A stretch of DNA of 64,000 nucleotides from contig CM075992.1 of NCBI GenBank assembly GCA_038087875.1, positions 10,232,001 to 10,296,000 on the forward strand, written 5' to 3'. Below, in pieces: positions 26,620-39,150 of this stretch. Numbering within the stretch: the first letter of the stretch is position 1; each line of letters begins with the position of its first letter. This stretch comes from Malacoraja senta (taxonomy: Eukaryota). The translations under genes were made by a program, and so were the position numbers. Under the pieces are notes generated by a model. That model did no database searches, had not been told where the DNA came from, and worked only from the letters and a program-made list of their open reading frames with translations.

Positions 26620-27865
26620 TCGCCTGCCTGATAAATTTACTGGACTTCTTTGAACAAGTAAATAGCAGGACAGACAAAGGAGAGTCAGTAGATGTTGTTT
26701 TCTTAGATTTTCAGAAAGCCTTTGATAAATTGCCACACGTTAGGTTGCTTGGGAAGATGAGAGCACACGTTATCAAAGGGCAGATACTAGCATTAATAGC
26801 AGGTTGGCTGGATGGCAGAAAACAAAGGGCGGGTTGTGGTTTCTGGTATGCCGCCAGTGACAGTGGAGTTCCGCAGGGGTCCGCTACCCTTTACATTGAA
26901 TATTCAAGATTTGGACGAGGGGATTGAAGGCTTCCTGATCAAGATTGCGGATGATACAAAAAATAGTTGGAAGGGCATGTAGCCTGGAGAAAGCACGGAG
27001 TCTGCAGAATGACTCTGACAGGTTGGGAGAGTGGGCAGAAAAGTGGCAGATGGAATATAGTGTAGCTAAGTGTGGAGTCGTGCATTTTGGTTGTAGCAAG
27101 AAAGGTGTGGACTATTTAATAAGTGGCGAGAGAATCCTGAAATCGGAGGTGCAAAGGGACTTGGGAGTGCTGGTGCAAGATTCCCAAAAAGTCAATCTGC
27201 AAGTCAAATCGGTAGTATAGAAAGCAAATTCAATGCTAGCATGTATTTCAAGAGGGTTTGTATACAAAAACCGGGATGTAACTCTGTGGCTCTCTTAGCC
27301 ACCGCTAAGGCCACATATGACATATTGTTAACAATTTTGGGAACCATATCCGAGGAACGATGTTCTGGCTCTGGGGACGGTCCATGTTTACCAGAATGAC
27401 CCGAGGAATGAGTTGGTTAACCTAAGATGACCGTTTGTCGGCACTTGGCCTGCACTCGCTGGAGTTTAGATGAATGACGGGAGACCTCGTTGAAACATAC
27501 AGAATAGTGAAAGGTTTGGGTGGAGTGGATGTGGAGAGGATGTTTCCACTAGTGGGAGAGTCTGGATTGGAGATCGTAGCCTCAGATTGAAAGGACGTTC
27601 TATTGGGAAGGAGATGAAGAGACACTTCTGTTTTCAGAGGGTGGTGAATCTGTGGAATTATTTCCCACTCAAGGCTGTAGAGACCACGTCAGTGGATATT
27701 TCGAAGGCAGACACAGAAAGATATCTAATTAGTACGGTTGTCAGAGGTTATGGAGAGAGGGCAGTTGAATGGGGTTAGGAGGAAGAGATAGATCAGCCAT
27801 GATTGAACGGGTGCACGCTTGATGGGCCGAATGGCCTAATTCTATTCCTATCATATGTCCTCTCT
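26620..27865 (+). mobile_element. CR1 LINE 3' part, decayed
   Basis: CLINLLDFFE, VDVVFLDFQKAFDK and QRVVNLWN motifs plus the 3' UTR. Confidence 0.88.
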
Positions 27866-27921
27866 TCGTCTTCTTTCTCATGGTACCATTTCCCGGCTCT
27901 GTATCTTGATAGATATGGTAA

Positions 27922-30900
27922 TTTACTTCGGAGTCACGTGAGTGACTACGTGAAGAAGACCCGTCAGGGCGCATGCGCGTCATTACGTCTGACGCATTGG
28001 CGCCCGGCAGCAGGAAGACGGAGCTCCTCCTGCAGGTGAGTAGTTACAGCTCCACCAAAGTCGGGGAGACTTTGGAGGAATTTGAAAAAAGTAGAAATTG
28101 GTGCTGTATTTTTCCCAACAATGCAGGAACAAGTAAAAAATCATCAAGGCGCAGGCCTGCTACGGACAAGGAGAGAGAGAGAGCTGCGGGAGCGCAGTCT
28201 CTGAAAGGCAGCCTGTCACCTCTGGGGAGTCGCAAGCCGGTAGCGGTGCGCGAAAAGACTTGGCAAAGTGCCCAGCCGGGTACACAGCCAACGCCAGTCG
28301 GGCGGTAGGCATAAGCCAAGTCTGTCAGGGCCATTGACTCCGCAGAGTCGGGCCAGGAGAGTCCCGTCGGGGACAGGATACTATGCCCCAGCGGTTATCC
28401 AAAAGGAGCAGCGCACAATAGGGCTGCTCCACAAAGCCACACTCCAGGAGGAGTTGTGCAGGCGGGAGGCCGTGGGGACGGCTCCGCCGGCAGTGCCTAG
28501 GAGAGGCCTGCTTCACAAAGCCACACTCCAGGAGGAGTTGTGCAGGCGGGAGGCCGTGGGGACGGCTCCGCCGGCAGTGCCTAGGAGAGGCCTGCATCAC
28601 AAAGCCACACTCCAGGAGGAGTTGTGTGGGCGGGAAGCCGTCGGGAAGGCTCCGCCGGCAGTGCCTAGTAGAGGCCTGCTTGAAAGCACACTCTTTGCAA
28701 AAGGTGAGTGCAGAAGGGCAGATACGCTCTGACCCTGGGTCCGACGACGACTTCCAAAGGGAGGGCATGCAGCGGCCAGAGCTGACACCGTGTGCAGCAC
28801 GGTTTGCCATGTCGTCGGACGCTGGTGAGCCTCTGGGTGAGGAACTTGCCACCAGCATAAATTACCAAGTCTCACATCAGCTACAGGAGCTGACAATGGA
28901 TGAGACAGTAAGGAAGCATGAAGCCCAATCAACTGTGGCCTGTTAAAAGTTCCTGTTCGGAACAGGAAGATTTGGGGCAAGATGGGCATACAAATGAGAG
29001 CCCAGGAGGAAGTGAAGCTCCAGCATATTTTTAAAGTTGCTGGCATCTGGCATAACGAGCTTTGCCAGGATGGTGGATGGAGAGGCCATGACGAAATTAG
29101 AACAAAAGGTGTGGCGCTATTGTGGAGTGCCCACTTTGAGATCAACTGCCTCCGCAAGACTGCGTTTAGACCAACCATCAACCCTAAATATGCTTCACTC
29201 TGCCAGCCTGGCACAGTGGAACCGGCACAGCTGTTTGGCGAGGATTTCGCAAAGCAGGTGAAGGAGCTGGAGGAAGTATCCCTATAAGCGAGGAGACTGG
29301 TCCGGGCAAGGGACGATTCCAGCTACGATGCAGCGCAGTTGGCGTTCGGCTGTAGCAGTGCCAGGGAAGGTGAGATATCCAGCTCGAGGCCGGGGAAGAA
29401 TGCCAGGTGGTAAGGACGTAAGTGGGTCTGGTTCTCATGTAGACAGATCTAATGGGATACAATTAAATGTTTACCTCAGATATGTTTATACTGAAGGTTA
29501 TTGAAGGGTATCGAATAAACCTTAATGCAAATTCTGATTTACCCATGCAACATGTTCTAAATCATGTATCACTGAACAATTGGAAGTTCAGGTGGAACTT
29601 GCAAGCTTATGTAATAAAGGTGTAATTGCTAACGTAGTTTACCAAAGCCATCAGTTTGTGTCCAATATCTTTCCCAGACCAAAAAAGGATGGGGATGCAG
29701 AATTATACTGGACCTGAATAGTCTTAAACCTTTTTGTACGGTATAGACATTTAAAGATGGAAACGTTTGAGGAGATCTTAAAGATCCGGATTCAGTGTCT
29801 GTTCATTTGCAGGATAGAAGATTTAAAATTCAGCTGGATGGGGCAATTATGGCAATACAATGCACTGCCTAATCGTTTGTCTTCAGCTCCTAGAATAATT
29901 ACAAAGTTGTTAAAACCTATTCTAGGCATGATGAGAAGTCAAGGGCAGGTGCTCATGGCTTAACTAGACAATATCTTGATTGTAGGACAATCAAAGGAAA
30001 CAGCTGAAGCATCAGTGGCAGTTGGTAAAAAACACGTTTTTTAAAATTGGGCTTCATAAACTATCCAGAGAAATCTAAATTAATACCTGTGACACAAATT
30101 GACTGGTTGGGTTCACAATAGACTTAATCAACATGATTGTGACCTTGCCCAGGCAAAAAAGGGTAGAGCTAATTAACAGCTGTATCAAGTTAATTGCTGA
30201 CACATAGCCTTCAATTAGCCAGGTGACGAGCCTGCTGCGGAAATTGCTGGCAGCATTTCCAGCAGTTCAATAGTGGCCACTTTATTATCTACAATTACAA
30301 AGGTCAAAGGAACAAGCACTGAGGATACATTGGGGTCATTATAATAGACCTATGCTTCTATCAATAGAGGCTGTTGCTGATGTACAATGGTGGATTCAGC
30401 ATGTGTCCACTATTAGTAACAAAGTGATTTTGCAGACAGATGTCAGAGCACTTGGGTGGGGTGCTACTGATACAAGATCCAGCTGTGGAGACAGATGGAC
30501 ATTGCTTCTGCAAACATGGGTAATTAACCAAGAGTATTTTATGGCACTAACAAAACTAGTTTGCATGTGCAGTGCCAAATAGACAACACTACAGCAGTTG
30601 CTTATATGAATCACATGGGTGGAATCAAATCGTTATCATGTGACATGTTGCCAAATAAAATTGGACCTGGAGTATGGATATTTGGATTGGAGCTATCTGC
30701 CAGGGAAACTTAATGTAGTATCAAATGGCAGCTCACGATAATTCCGTGACAATACAGAGTGGATGTTGAACCAGGATGTGTTCAAGAACATAGTACTTCT
30801 ATATGGAAGGCCAAAATATGTTTCATGGGCACCAGATCCAGGGGCAGTGGCAATTGATGCTTTTTCACTAAATTGGGATGATATGTTTGTGTACATTTTC

Positions 30901-32659
30901 CCACCATTCTGCCTCATAGCTCGGTGTTTGAGAAAATCAAGCAGGATGCCGCTTCAGGGGTTTTGGTGATACCAAATTGCCCGATTCAACCATGGATCCC
31001 TCTGATGTTACAGATAGCGATCCAACCTCCTTTTGCTGATTCCAAACAGTAGGAATTTGCTGGACCATCCAGTAACGACGCGTTAAGTTCATCCGTTATG
31101 TGATCGTATTAATCTGTTAATTTGCAGGTTTTTAAGAATGCCTTACATTGGTCGAGGTCTTTCTAGGCCAACGGTGGATATACTCACTGGAGAAAGAGTA
31201 CTCAAAAGCAGTATATGACTTATGTAAAAAAATGTGAACAATATGGTGTTCAAAAGAATATTCAATATGATACTGTAGTTATTGAAAATGTGTTAGAGTT
31301 TTATCTACACTTTATTATGATGAGGGTCTTAGTTATACTGCTATCAATACAGCTAGAAGTGCTTTGTCGGCATATCTTGTAATAGGTACACGGACACAAA
31401 GTATAGGTTCTCACCCTCTCATATCTAGGTTGATGAAAGGAATCTTTAATTCCAAACCGCCTAAGCCTAGGTATATGGTAATCTGCGATGTACGCGTTGT
31501 TCTTAAAATACTTCGTCATTGGGTCCCTGTCACGTCTATAACTTTGTTAAAATTAACCATGAAATTGGCTATGCTAATGACATTGGTGTCAGTACAGAGA
31601 GTGCAGACTTTGCAAAAACTTCAGTTAGATAGAATGGAAGTGAATACAGAGAATGTTCTGTTTTATATTTATGACCTGCTCAAACAACGCAGGCCAGGTG
31701 TGACAGGATTTAAGACTGTGTTCTCAGCATATCCTACAGCTCCATGTTTATGTGTAAGGACACATTTGTTACATTACATTGAAGCCACAAGGGCTTTAAG
31801 ACAAGAACAAACAGGATTATTTGTCAGTTACAAGAAGCCAACATAAAAGAGTGGCAGTTCAGACTATCTCAATGTGGTTAAAGCAAGACTTGGTTCAGGC
31901 AGGAATTAACATTTATGTGTTTACATCTCATTCCACTAGCGCAGTAGCAACATCCGCGGCCAGGGCGATGGACGTTCCCATTGACCATATATTAAAAGCC
32001 GCAGGTTGGAAAAATGAACTTGTGTTTCAGCAATACTACCATCGGCCGATTGCCGATGGAGGGCTGTTTGCCAACTCAATATTGAGTGCTGTTGCTATTG
32101 TTTAAAGTCTGTTTTCAATACTGTTTAATTCTGTTTCGTTTGTTGTCCCTACATTAAGAGGGTTTATTGGTTGTTTTATGACTAAAAATAAAACCGTTTT
32201 GGTTTTGCATGATATGCAATGTCATGCTTACAGCATTATTGATGATACTCAGAGTCAATCGATGCAGTGAGAAGCCGGGATTTTGATCTGCGGCATTAAA
32301 ATCACAGAGCTTTAAAATCTTCACGTAGTCACTCACGTGACTCCGAAGTAAAATAGTAAGATTAAACGAGAACTTACCAGTTTGAAGTTTGATCTTTATT
32401 TTATGAGGAGTTACGTTGGTGATTACGTGCCCACCACGCCCAACCCTCTCTCATAGAAAAAAGGTCATAATGGTAGTTCTCATGTTGATCATCTTAATAT
32501 GTCACTTCAATTATGGTGTTGTCTGTGATTTCATACCGCTGCTCTGAAGATTGACGCGCATGCGCCCTGACGGGTCTTCTTCACGTAATCACCAACGTAA
32601 CTCCTCATAAAATAAAGATCAAACTTCAAACTGGTAAGTTCTCGTTTAATCTTACTATT
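27922..32659 (+). mobile_element. DIRS1-like tyrosine-recombinase retrotransposon, full length, ORFs decayed
   Basis: Left ITR (~27922-27982) is inverted at ~32552-32587. An internal complementary region (~32320-32429) matches both termini. RT relic (YNALPNRLSSAPRIITK), RNase H relic (LQTDV..LGWGA) and YR relic (HSTSA..ILKAAGW..F..YY). Confidence 0.92.
28421..28682 (+). repeat. Three tandem 84-bp repeats in the DIRS gag region
   Basis: GLLHKATLQEELCRREAVGTAPPAVPRR three times, with units starting at 28421, 28505 and 28589. Confidence 0.9.
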
Positions 32660-33424
32660 CTATAGTGTTGTGTTTATCTTATTTGTGTGCTGCATGGTAA
32701 CTCAAATTTCACTGCACCAATTTGTGTATGTGACAACAAATGTCCGCACAGCTCTTTGGTCAACGTGGGTTGTTTTTAAATGTGCTTTATAAATACATTT
32801 GACTCGACGATTTTAATATTGCGCCGGTTGGCGTGTAGTTATCCATACTGACCGTTCAGAATACGGGGATAAAACTAGATAACATTCCTCACTCATCAGT
32901 CGCTTATAACGACGTATTGACCTCTGTTACAAGCCCAGAATAAAAAAAAATGGCTACAGCATAGAACAAGGCCACTCAGCCACTCGAATGCGTACTGACC
33001 ATTGATCACCGGTTCAAACTAATTTATGCTATCCCACATCCTCATCCATTCCCGACACGCTAGGGTCAAGTTACAGAGGCCAATTAACCTAGAAACTTAC
33101 GCATTCTCAAGATGTGACATGAAATTGGAGCACCCGGATGCACAGGTAGAACGTGCAACCGACACACAGATAGTACCCGCGTCTCAGGCACTGAAGATAT
33201 CACTCTACAACCTGTGCCAATGTGCCGCCAATTCTATCCCTTCCTTTCCTTGGCAACTGTCAGAGATCCCGCCAGAATCTCGAGATTTATCCATCCGTGT
33301 GACCAAGTGATCTATTCTCCCTCTGACGCCACAATCTCCAATTTGAATCATGTACTCAAATTCACTTCGACCATCTCGGACATGTCCCACTGTTTCTTGA
33401 TCTCACCGTCTGCATCAACTGACA

Positions 33425-34420
33425 TCTATTCCTAACTAAATCTCTGATCTTGTCATCTTCCGATTTGCGCGGTCATTCTATTTGCACAAAACGGTACGAT
33501 GGCGCTACGATTTTCGCCAAGCCTATTCACCGTTCTCGTATGCTGCGATTGCACCAGGTTTCATTGCGATCGGTGGTCTAATGTAAAAGTTAGCGAGGTT
33601 TAAAAAATCTTAAAAACCGCGCGTGAGCAGATCGATCTCCTCCACTGCCGTTCAGCGACGCGTGGATTGGTCTTTTCTCCTAACTCCCCGGTAGGTCAGC
33701 CCCTTCCTGCGACATCGCGTCTTTACTGGGACTGAGGATGGCCGGCGGAAATTTCCATCGCGTCTTCACAGTAGCTGAGGATGGCCGGCAGAGGTTTCCA
33801 AACGGACACAATTTTCGGAAGGTCCTTAAACGGAGCAGCCGGGAGATGTCGCCAAACGGAAAGCGGAGAACCTAACCCTGGCGGAGGAGAACGTCCCGCG
33901 CCCGCTGTGAGTACCAATCGCACCGTCATCTCCAGCTCCTTCCTCTCTGATCCCCCTCGCTGACTCCTGCCCCCCTCTCCGCTGATACCCCCTCTCCCCC
34001 ACAACGCCCGTCTTTTCTCTGAGCTCTCTCTCCCCCACGCCCACACCCCCTCCATACCCCCTCCGCCCACACACCTTTTATCCCTCACGACCACCGCACA
34101 CCTCCCACCCCCACACCATCCCGCCCCAACCTGCCCGCCCACACATCCCACTCCCCCGCGCCCTCACCCACACACCGCCCCCACGCACATACACCTCCCC
34201 GCCCGCACCCCCCGTCCACATTCACCCCTCGTCCACATTCACAGCCCACACCCCCCTCCCCAACAATCCCCTGCCGCTCAAACACACCCCTCCCCCACAG
34301 CCCACCCCCGCCCACGCCCCCTCCCACTACAACCCCCACCCCTCCCACACCACATAGCCCCCACCACCCACAACCCCCCGCCAACACCCACAGCTGCCCC
34401 CGCCTACACCCCCCTCCAGA
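33425..34420 (+). mobile_element. Possible non-autonomous Helitron-like/DNA element ending in C-rich low complexity
   Basis: Begins ATCTATTCCTAACTAAA, has a CpG-rich body and a C/A-rich tract at 33950-34420. Confidence 0.35.
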
Positions 34421-34739
34421 AGAGCATGTGATGTCGAGATAGGAACGCATCAAAGTGTGCGAATGTGGACATTCTTAGCAGGAGTACCTGTCTAGTCTAT
34501 TTTGTAAATAAAGAGAGGTTTCGTAAATCTCATGTACAAAGGGACTGGGAGATCCCAAATCGTAAATGTATTGGTTGAGATTGCAGTAAGGAACGTAAAT
34601 GCAAGTTACACATTCGTTTCGAGAAGACTAGAACATGACATCAAGAATGCAATGCGGAGGCTCAATGAGGCGGATGTCAGGGCTCATATATCTGAGCGTC
34701 AGGAGGCAGAAATATTGTAAGAGGTTTCGGGCAGCTGAT

Positions 34740-35235
34740 TAGATTCATAGAGTCATAGATTGATACAATGTGGAAAAATGCCCTTCAGCCCAAACTGACT
34801 ACACAGGCCAACAATGTCCCAGCTACCCTAGTCCCAGTTGGTCCATAACCCTCCAAACCTGCCATATCCATGTACCTGCCCAACTGTTTCTTAAACTATG
34901 GGAAAGTTCCCAGCCTCAACTACCTCCTCTGGCCGCTTGCTCCATACACCCACCACCTTCTGCGCGAAAACGTTACCCGTCGGATTCCTATTAAATCTTT
35001 ACCCCTTCACCTTGAACCTCGATTCCCCTACTCTGGGTAAAAGACCCTGTGCATCTACTTGAACTATTGATCTCCTGTGTTTCTATCTCTCTATAAGTTC
35101 TCCCCTCATCTTCCTTCGCACTATGGTATAGATTCCCAGCCTACTTAACCTCTCCCTATAGCGCACACCCACTAGTCCTGGCAACATCATTAAAACATTT
35201 TGAACCCTTTCAAGTTTGAGAATATCTTTCCTATA
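34740..35235 (-). mobile_element. CR1-like 3' fragment
   Basis: CR1-type 3' coding end and UTR on the minus strand, inserted in an older CR1 relic. Confidence 0.65.
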
Positions 35236-35659
35236 AATATTCAAGATTCAAGATAACGTATGGGTTCATTGTCACATGTAGCAATTAATGTAAAGTGAAA
35301 TTTGAGTTACCATACGGCCACACAAAGTGAAAAGCAGTAAGACACATAACCACATAAAATAAAATTTAACATAAACATGTTCCACAGCGGCTCCCCGCAT
35401 TCCTCACTGTAATGGAAGGTAACAAAGTCCAATCTCTCCCTCTGAGGAAACATGTGCTGGCGTTGGAGAGGGTCCAGGTAAGATTTGCGAGAAAGATTCG
35501 AGGGATGACTGGGTTAACGTATGAGGTGCGATTGGTGGTAGTGGGCTGTACAAGTTGGAGATTAGAAGGATGAGGCGGGGGGGGGGGGGGGACCGCATTG
35601 AAATCTACGGAATAAGGAAATGCCAGGATAGAATGAATGTGAAGATGATATTTCCTGAA

Positions 35660-38600
35660 AATCTCATGAATGCTCCGTATATAGTCCCGAGAACCGTTCT
35701 AACAACTCACCTGCTCCCTCTACTTTCTTTGGTCTAACACCCAGAATCCTAGCAATGTCTATTGACTTTTGGAGAGTAGTGGCAAGGGCAGTTAAAACTG
35801 CATCTTCTCTTGTATTATTATCAGCCATTACATTAGCCAGTGCTTCATGATTTGGGTGTCCTAAAGTGGCTAGGAACCTGGTATGCTCTGTAGGGTTTTT
35901 GATCTTGTCCCTCTGGGTGGTCGTTTTATTCTTCAAGGTTTAGGCTCATAAAATGGTTCTGGTGATCCCACTTTATCTTTAAACACGGGAGCTCATTTTT
36001 TGGTCTTGCTCCTTGTACTGAGCGCTACTGGAATATATGTTAATGCTGGAGCTGTTGGGGTCAAATAACTCTGTGCTGGTGCTGCTGTCTGTTGAGCAGG
36101 GTGATAGAATAGGAACAGCAGGAGTGTGGGTGGTGCTGCAGGCACCGGAGGAGATCGGTGATGCATATAAGGCGCTGAATGTGAAGGTGGCGTATAGGGT
36201 GCGCAAGGGGAATAAGGAAGAGGCGGCAAACGTCTCTTAATAAGAACGCTCTCCCAATCTTCCAAATATTCTTCATCTCCCCCTCCTAAACCAAAGCCAA
36301 CCAGCGGGTCCCTTAACTCAAATTCTACAAATGCTAGTTTCCCTTCAGGAGACCCCTTTGTCTCCCGTTCCCTATGTTCTTTACACGCACATCCTGATTC
36401 CTTCTTTATGGTACCTAGAGGTTTTTTCCCCTTCATCATCCTTTAACTCTATTCCAAGCTTCAAAGCTGCCTCCTGCCAATGCGCCATTATTGCAGCCTC
36501 TCTGCGTCCTCTTAATACTTCGTAATATTGTCTCCATAGCCCAATAAGTTCCTTTGCCACTTCACTTTGGCTACATTGCTAAATAATCCACTCAATGTAT
36601 CTCACGCCCTCCAGGATTTCCACCCCTCCTTCGTGCCATAACTCATATCCTAAGTTTTTATTCAACGTTCCATAGAAATGTTTCAATCTTTCCGCTTCTT
36701 TAGGGAACTTACTGCAAACTAATTGTAATGGGCTTTCTGGGACTTCTACAGCATCAATCTCTATCTCGTTTCTCACTGTTACTTACAATGGACACAAATA
36801 AGTTAAGATCCACGCATATAAAAGCCTTGTATGTCCACACGTTGAATATTGCTGCTCCGTGTGGGATTATTTCACTCAAGGAACATCAATACGATCCAGG
36901 CAGTGCAAAACAGAGCAGCAAGGTTCATTTCTAACAACTACATTTGGTAGAGCCCAGTCCCCAGCATGATAAAGGACCTTAGAAATCATCCACCTACAAC
37001 TCGTGGCAAGTTCATCAGACTGACAACATTCCACAAGATCAAGAATACCACTATCGATGTAAAGATGGACCACATGCAGTTAATCCATGCACCCATATGC
37101 ATGTCAACCAGAAGCTACCAACCTGGAAATTATTTCATTCCGCACGTACTTCATTAGCACTTTCTTACTCGTAATTCTTCAAGACAGCAAAGGATTGGAA
37201 TACCCTACTAGCCAGCATCAGGGATCTCCAAAACACCAACACATATAAAGATGTACTGCAAAAGCATATCAATCTCGACTAGCACGTCCACCATCATCAT
37301 AGTGCTGAGTGATGCTCCAACTAGAGCTTTTCGGTGAATTAATTCCAGATCCAGATCCTGATCCAGATCCAGAGCTCAAGCGATTCACACTTCACTCACA
37401 AATTCGCTCACAAACAATGGCCAAAGGTTCTTCAACCACCAGTAAGTCTCTCACACAATCAATCTCTCCCTGTTCAATCGGGTAACCAAAATTCCTTCGT
37501 ACCAATCTTACACACAGAAATCACACAAGCTTTTAATTCGGCAAACACTCTCAGTTCAAGGTAAGGACAACCTTCTCTGTGGAAAAAATCAAACACACTT
37601 CAGCAGCAAATCTACACTCAAAAGACTTCAATCCAAACAAAGGCAGACAAGATCGTAACACACAAGCAAAATCGTACTTAAACAAGAAATAATACTACTA
37701 ATAACTATCATACAACAACACACTGGAAAATAAAATACAAGTATTCGATTAATAAGCGCTCACTAACTGTACAGTCCAAAAGTAAATCACAATATTCTAA
37801 ATTGCCCAAATCGCGCTGTCATTCAAAGGAACCCCTCCTCCGGGTACAGGAGACTTTCCCTTCAAAGTACCTTTTCACTTGGCGGTACTATTCCCTTCAA
37901 GGTACATTTCCACGTTTTAAGGTACTTTTTCCACTAACAGGTATTTCTTCCTCTCCCAAATTAATTTTCCACTAACATGCTACTAGTTCCCGGAACCACA
38001 GGATATGCCCTCTTGATCACACAGTCACGATTCGGACTCCAATTACTACTGCAGTCTTAACCACGCTATATTAATATACAGTCACGATTCAAACTACGAG
38101 TACAACAGCAGTATCTAACACACAGACACTCTATTACAACGGCAATATTAATCGACTAATATATAATACGAAGTTATATCTAATTCCGAATCTATTTTAC
38201 AATTTTACAAGATCAATATATACAATAACCAGTATCCCTCAATATGAACACCCGGAATAGATCAAAACGAATTTCTATACAATAGCCAGTGTCATTCAAT
38301 GTGAATGCCTGAATTTGGTGAAATTTAAATCGGAACATTTAGATAACTGTTCCAGATAATAGAGGCGTCTCCATCCTCTCAGTGCTGACTTTAAAGCATG
38401 TTTCAGCTAAGCTATACTCCAACACTGAGTTCCCGGTACTGTTCCGGATTTAATCCATACATAGGCGGGGCCTCAACCTCCCCTCCCCCCAGGCCTCAAA
38501 CCCTCCATCCGCTAAATATTGGTATTCAGCACGTATCCGCTTCGTGCTGGTTTTCGATACTCTTTCCAATCGCACTCTCAGCACCGATACAGTACATCCC

Positions 38601-39150
38601 GTCTTAGTACTGTTCCCGCTCAGTCATGTCCATGAGGATACATTGAAATCTGTATCCCAGACTGAGTGGAGCTACGAACCCCAGGGTTTACCAACCCTGA
38701 AATATCGGGTCAAATCAATGGATCCCGAATGCAACAGCTGTTGTCTAACAAAGGTGTGGGGCCATTAACCTACAAGAGAAGAGCTTAGTGAGCCCAACTC
38801 CCACGATCCATGGGTCTCGAACTTTCCAAGCGGGGATACAAACCCTCTAGGGCTTCAAACGCTCACCCTCAGTGCTCTCCAGACTACTATTCTTATCCAT
38901 ATCGTCGGGGATCCAAACAAACAAGCAAATGACCGATTCATCTCAGACCAGGGGAGCCGGGAAAACCGACGAGAAAGTCGCACCGTGGCGTTGATTTCTC
39001 CCGTCGTAATCCGACACAAATCAATTCCCTGGCGGCAAATTTATGTTTGGCAATCCGTTGATATCCCGGACAGGCCCCTATGTAATTCTGCTAATCTTAC
39101 CCCCCTATTCTGGTTCAGTCAAACACCGAATACAAAGCACAGTCCACAAT
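35660..39150 (-). mobile_element. Decayed endogenous retrovirus-like 5' leader + gag
   Basis: MA-like ESPLQLVC...LWHEGG, a Pro/Tyr-rich late-domain-like PPLPYSP..PYTPP..SAPY, and an MHR-like ILGVRPKKVEGAGELLERFSGLY. No pol seen. Confidence 0.55.
36790..37372 (+). mobile_element. LINE 3' fragment (L2/CR1 group) with (CCAGAT)n tail, nested in the ERV-like relic
   Basis: YKAL..PHVEYCCSVWD and AVQNRAARFI motifs. Hexamer tail at ~37344-37372. Confidence 0.7.

Noticed and set aside
28421..28682. Regular repeats as a CRISPR-like array
   Set aside because: Head-to-tail 84-bp tandem units with no unique spacers, inside a DIRS element in eukaryotic DNA.
33723..34453. Gly/Val-rich ORFs
   Set aside because: Low-complexity C-rich tract.
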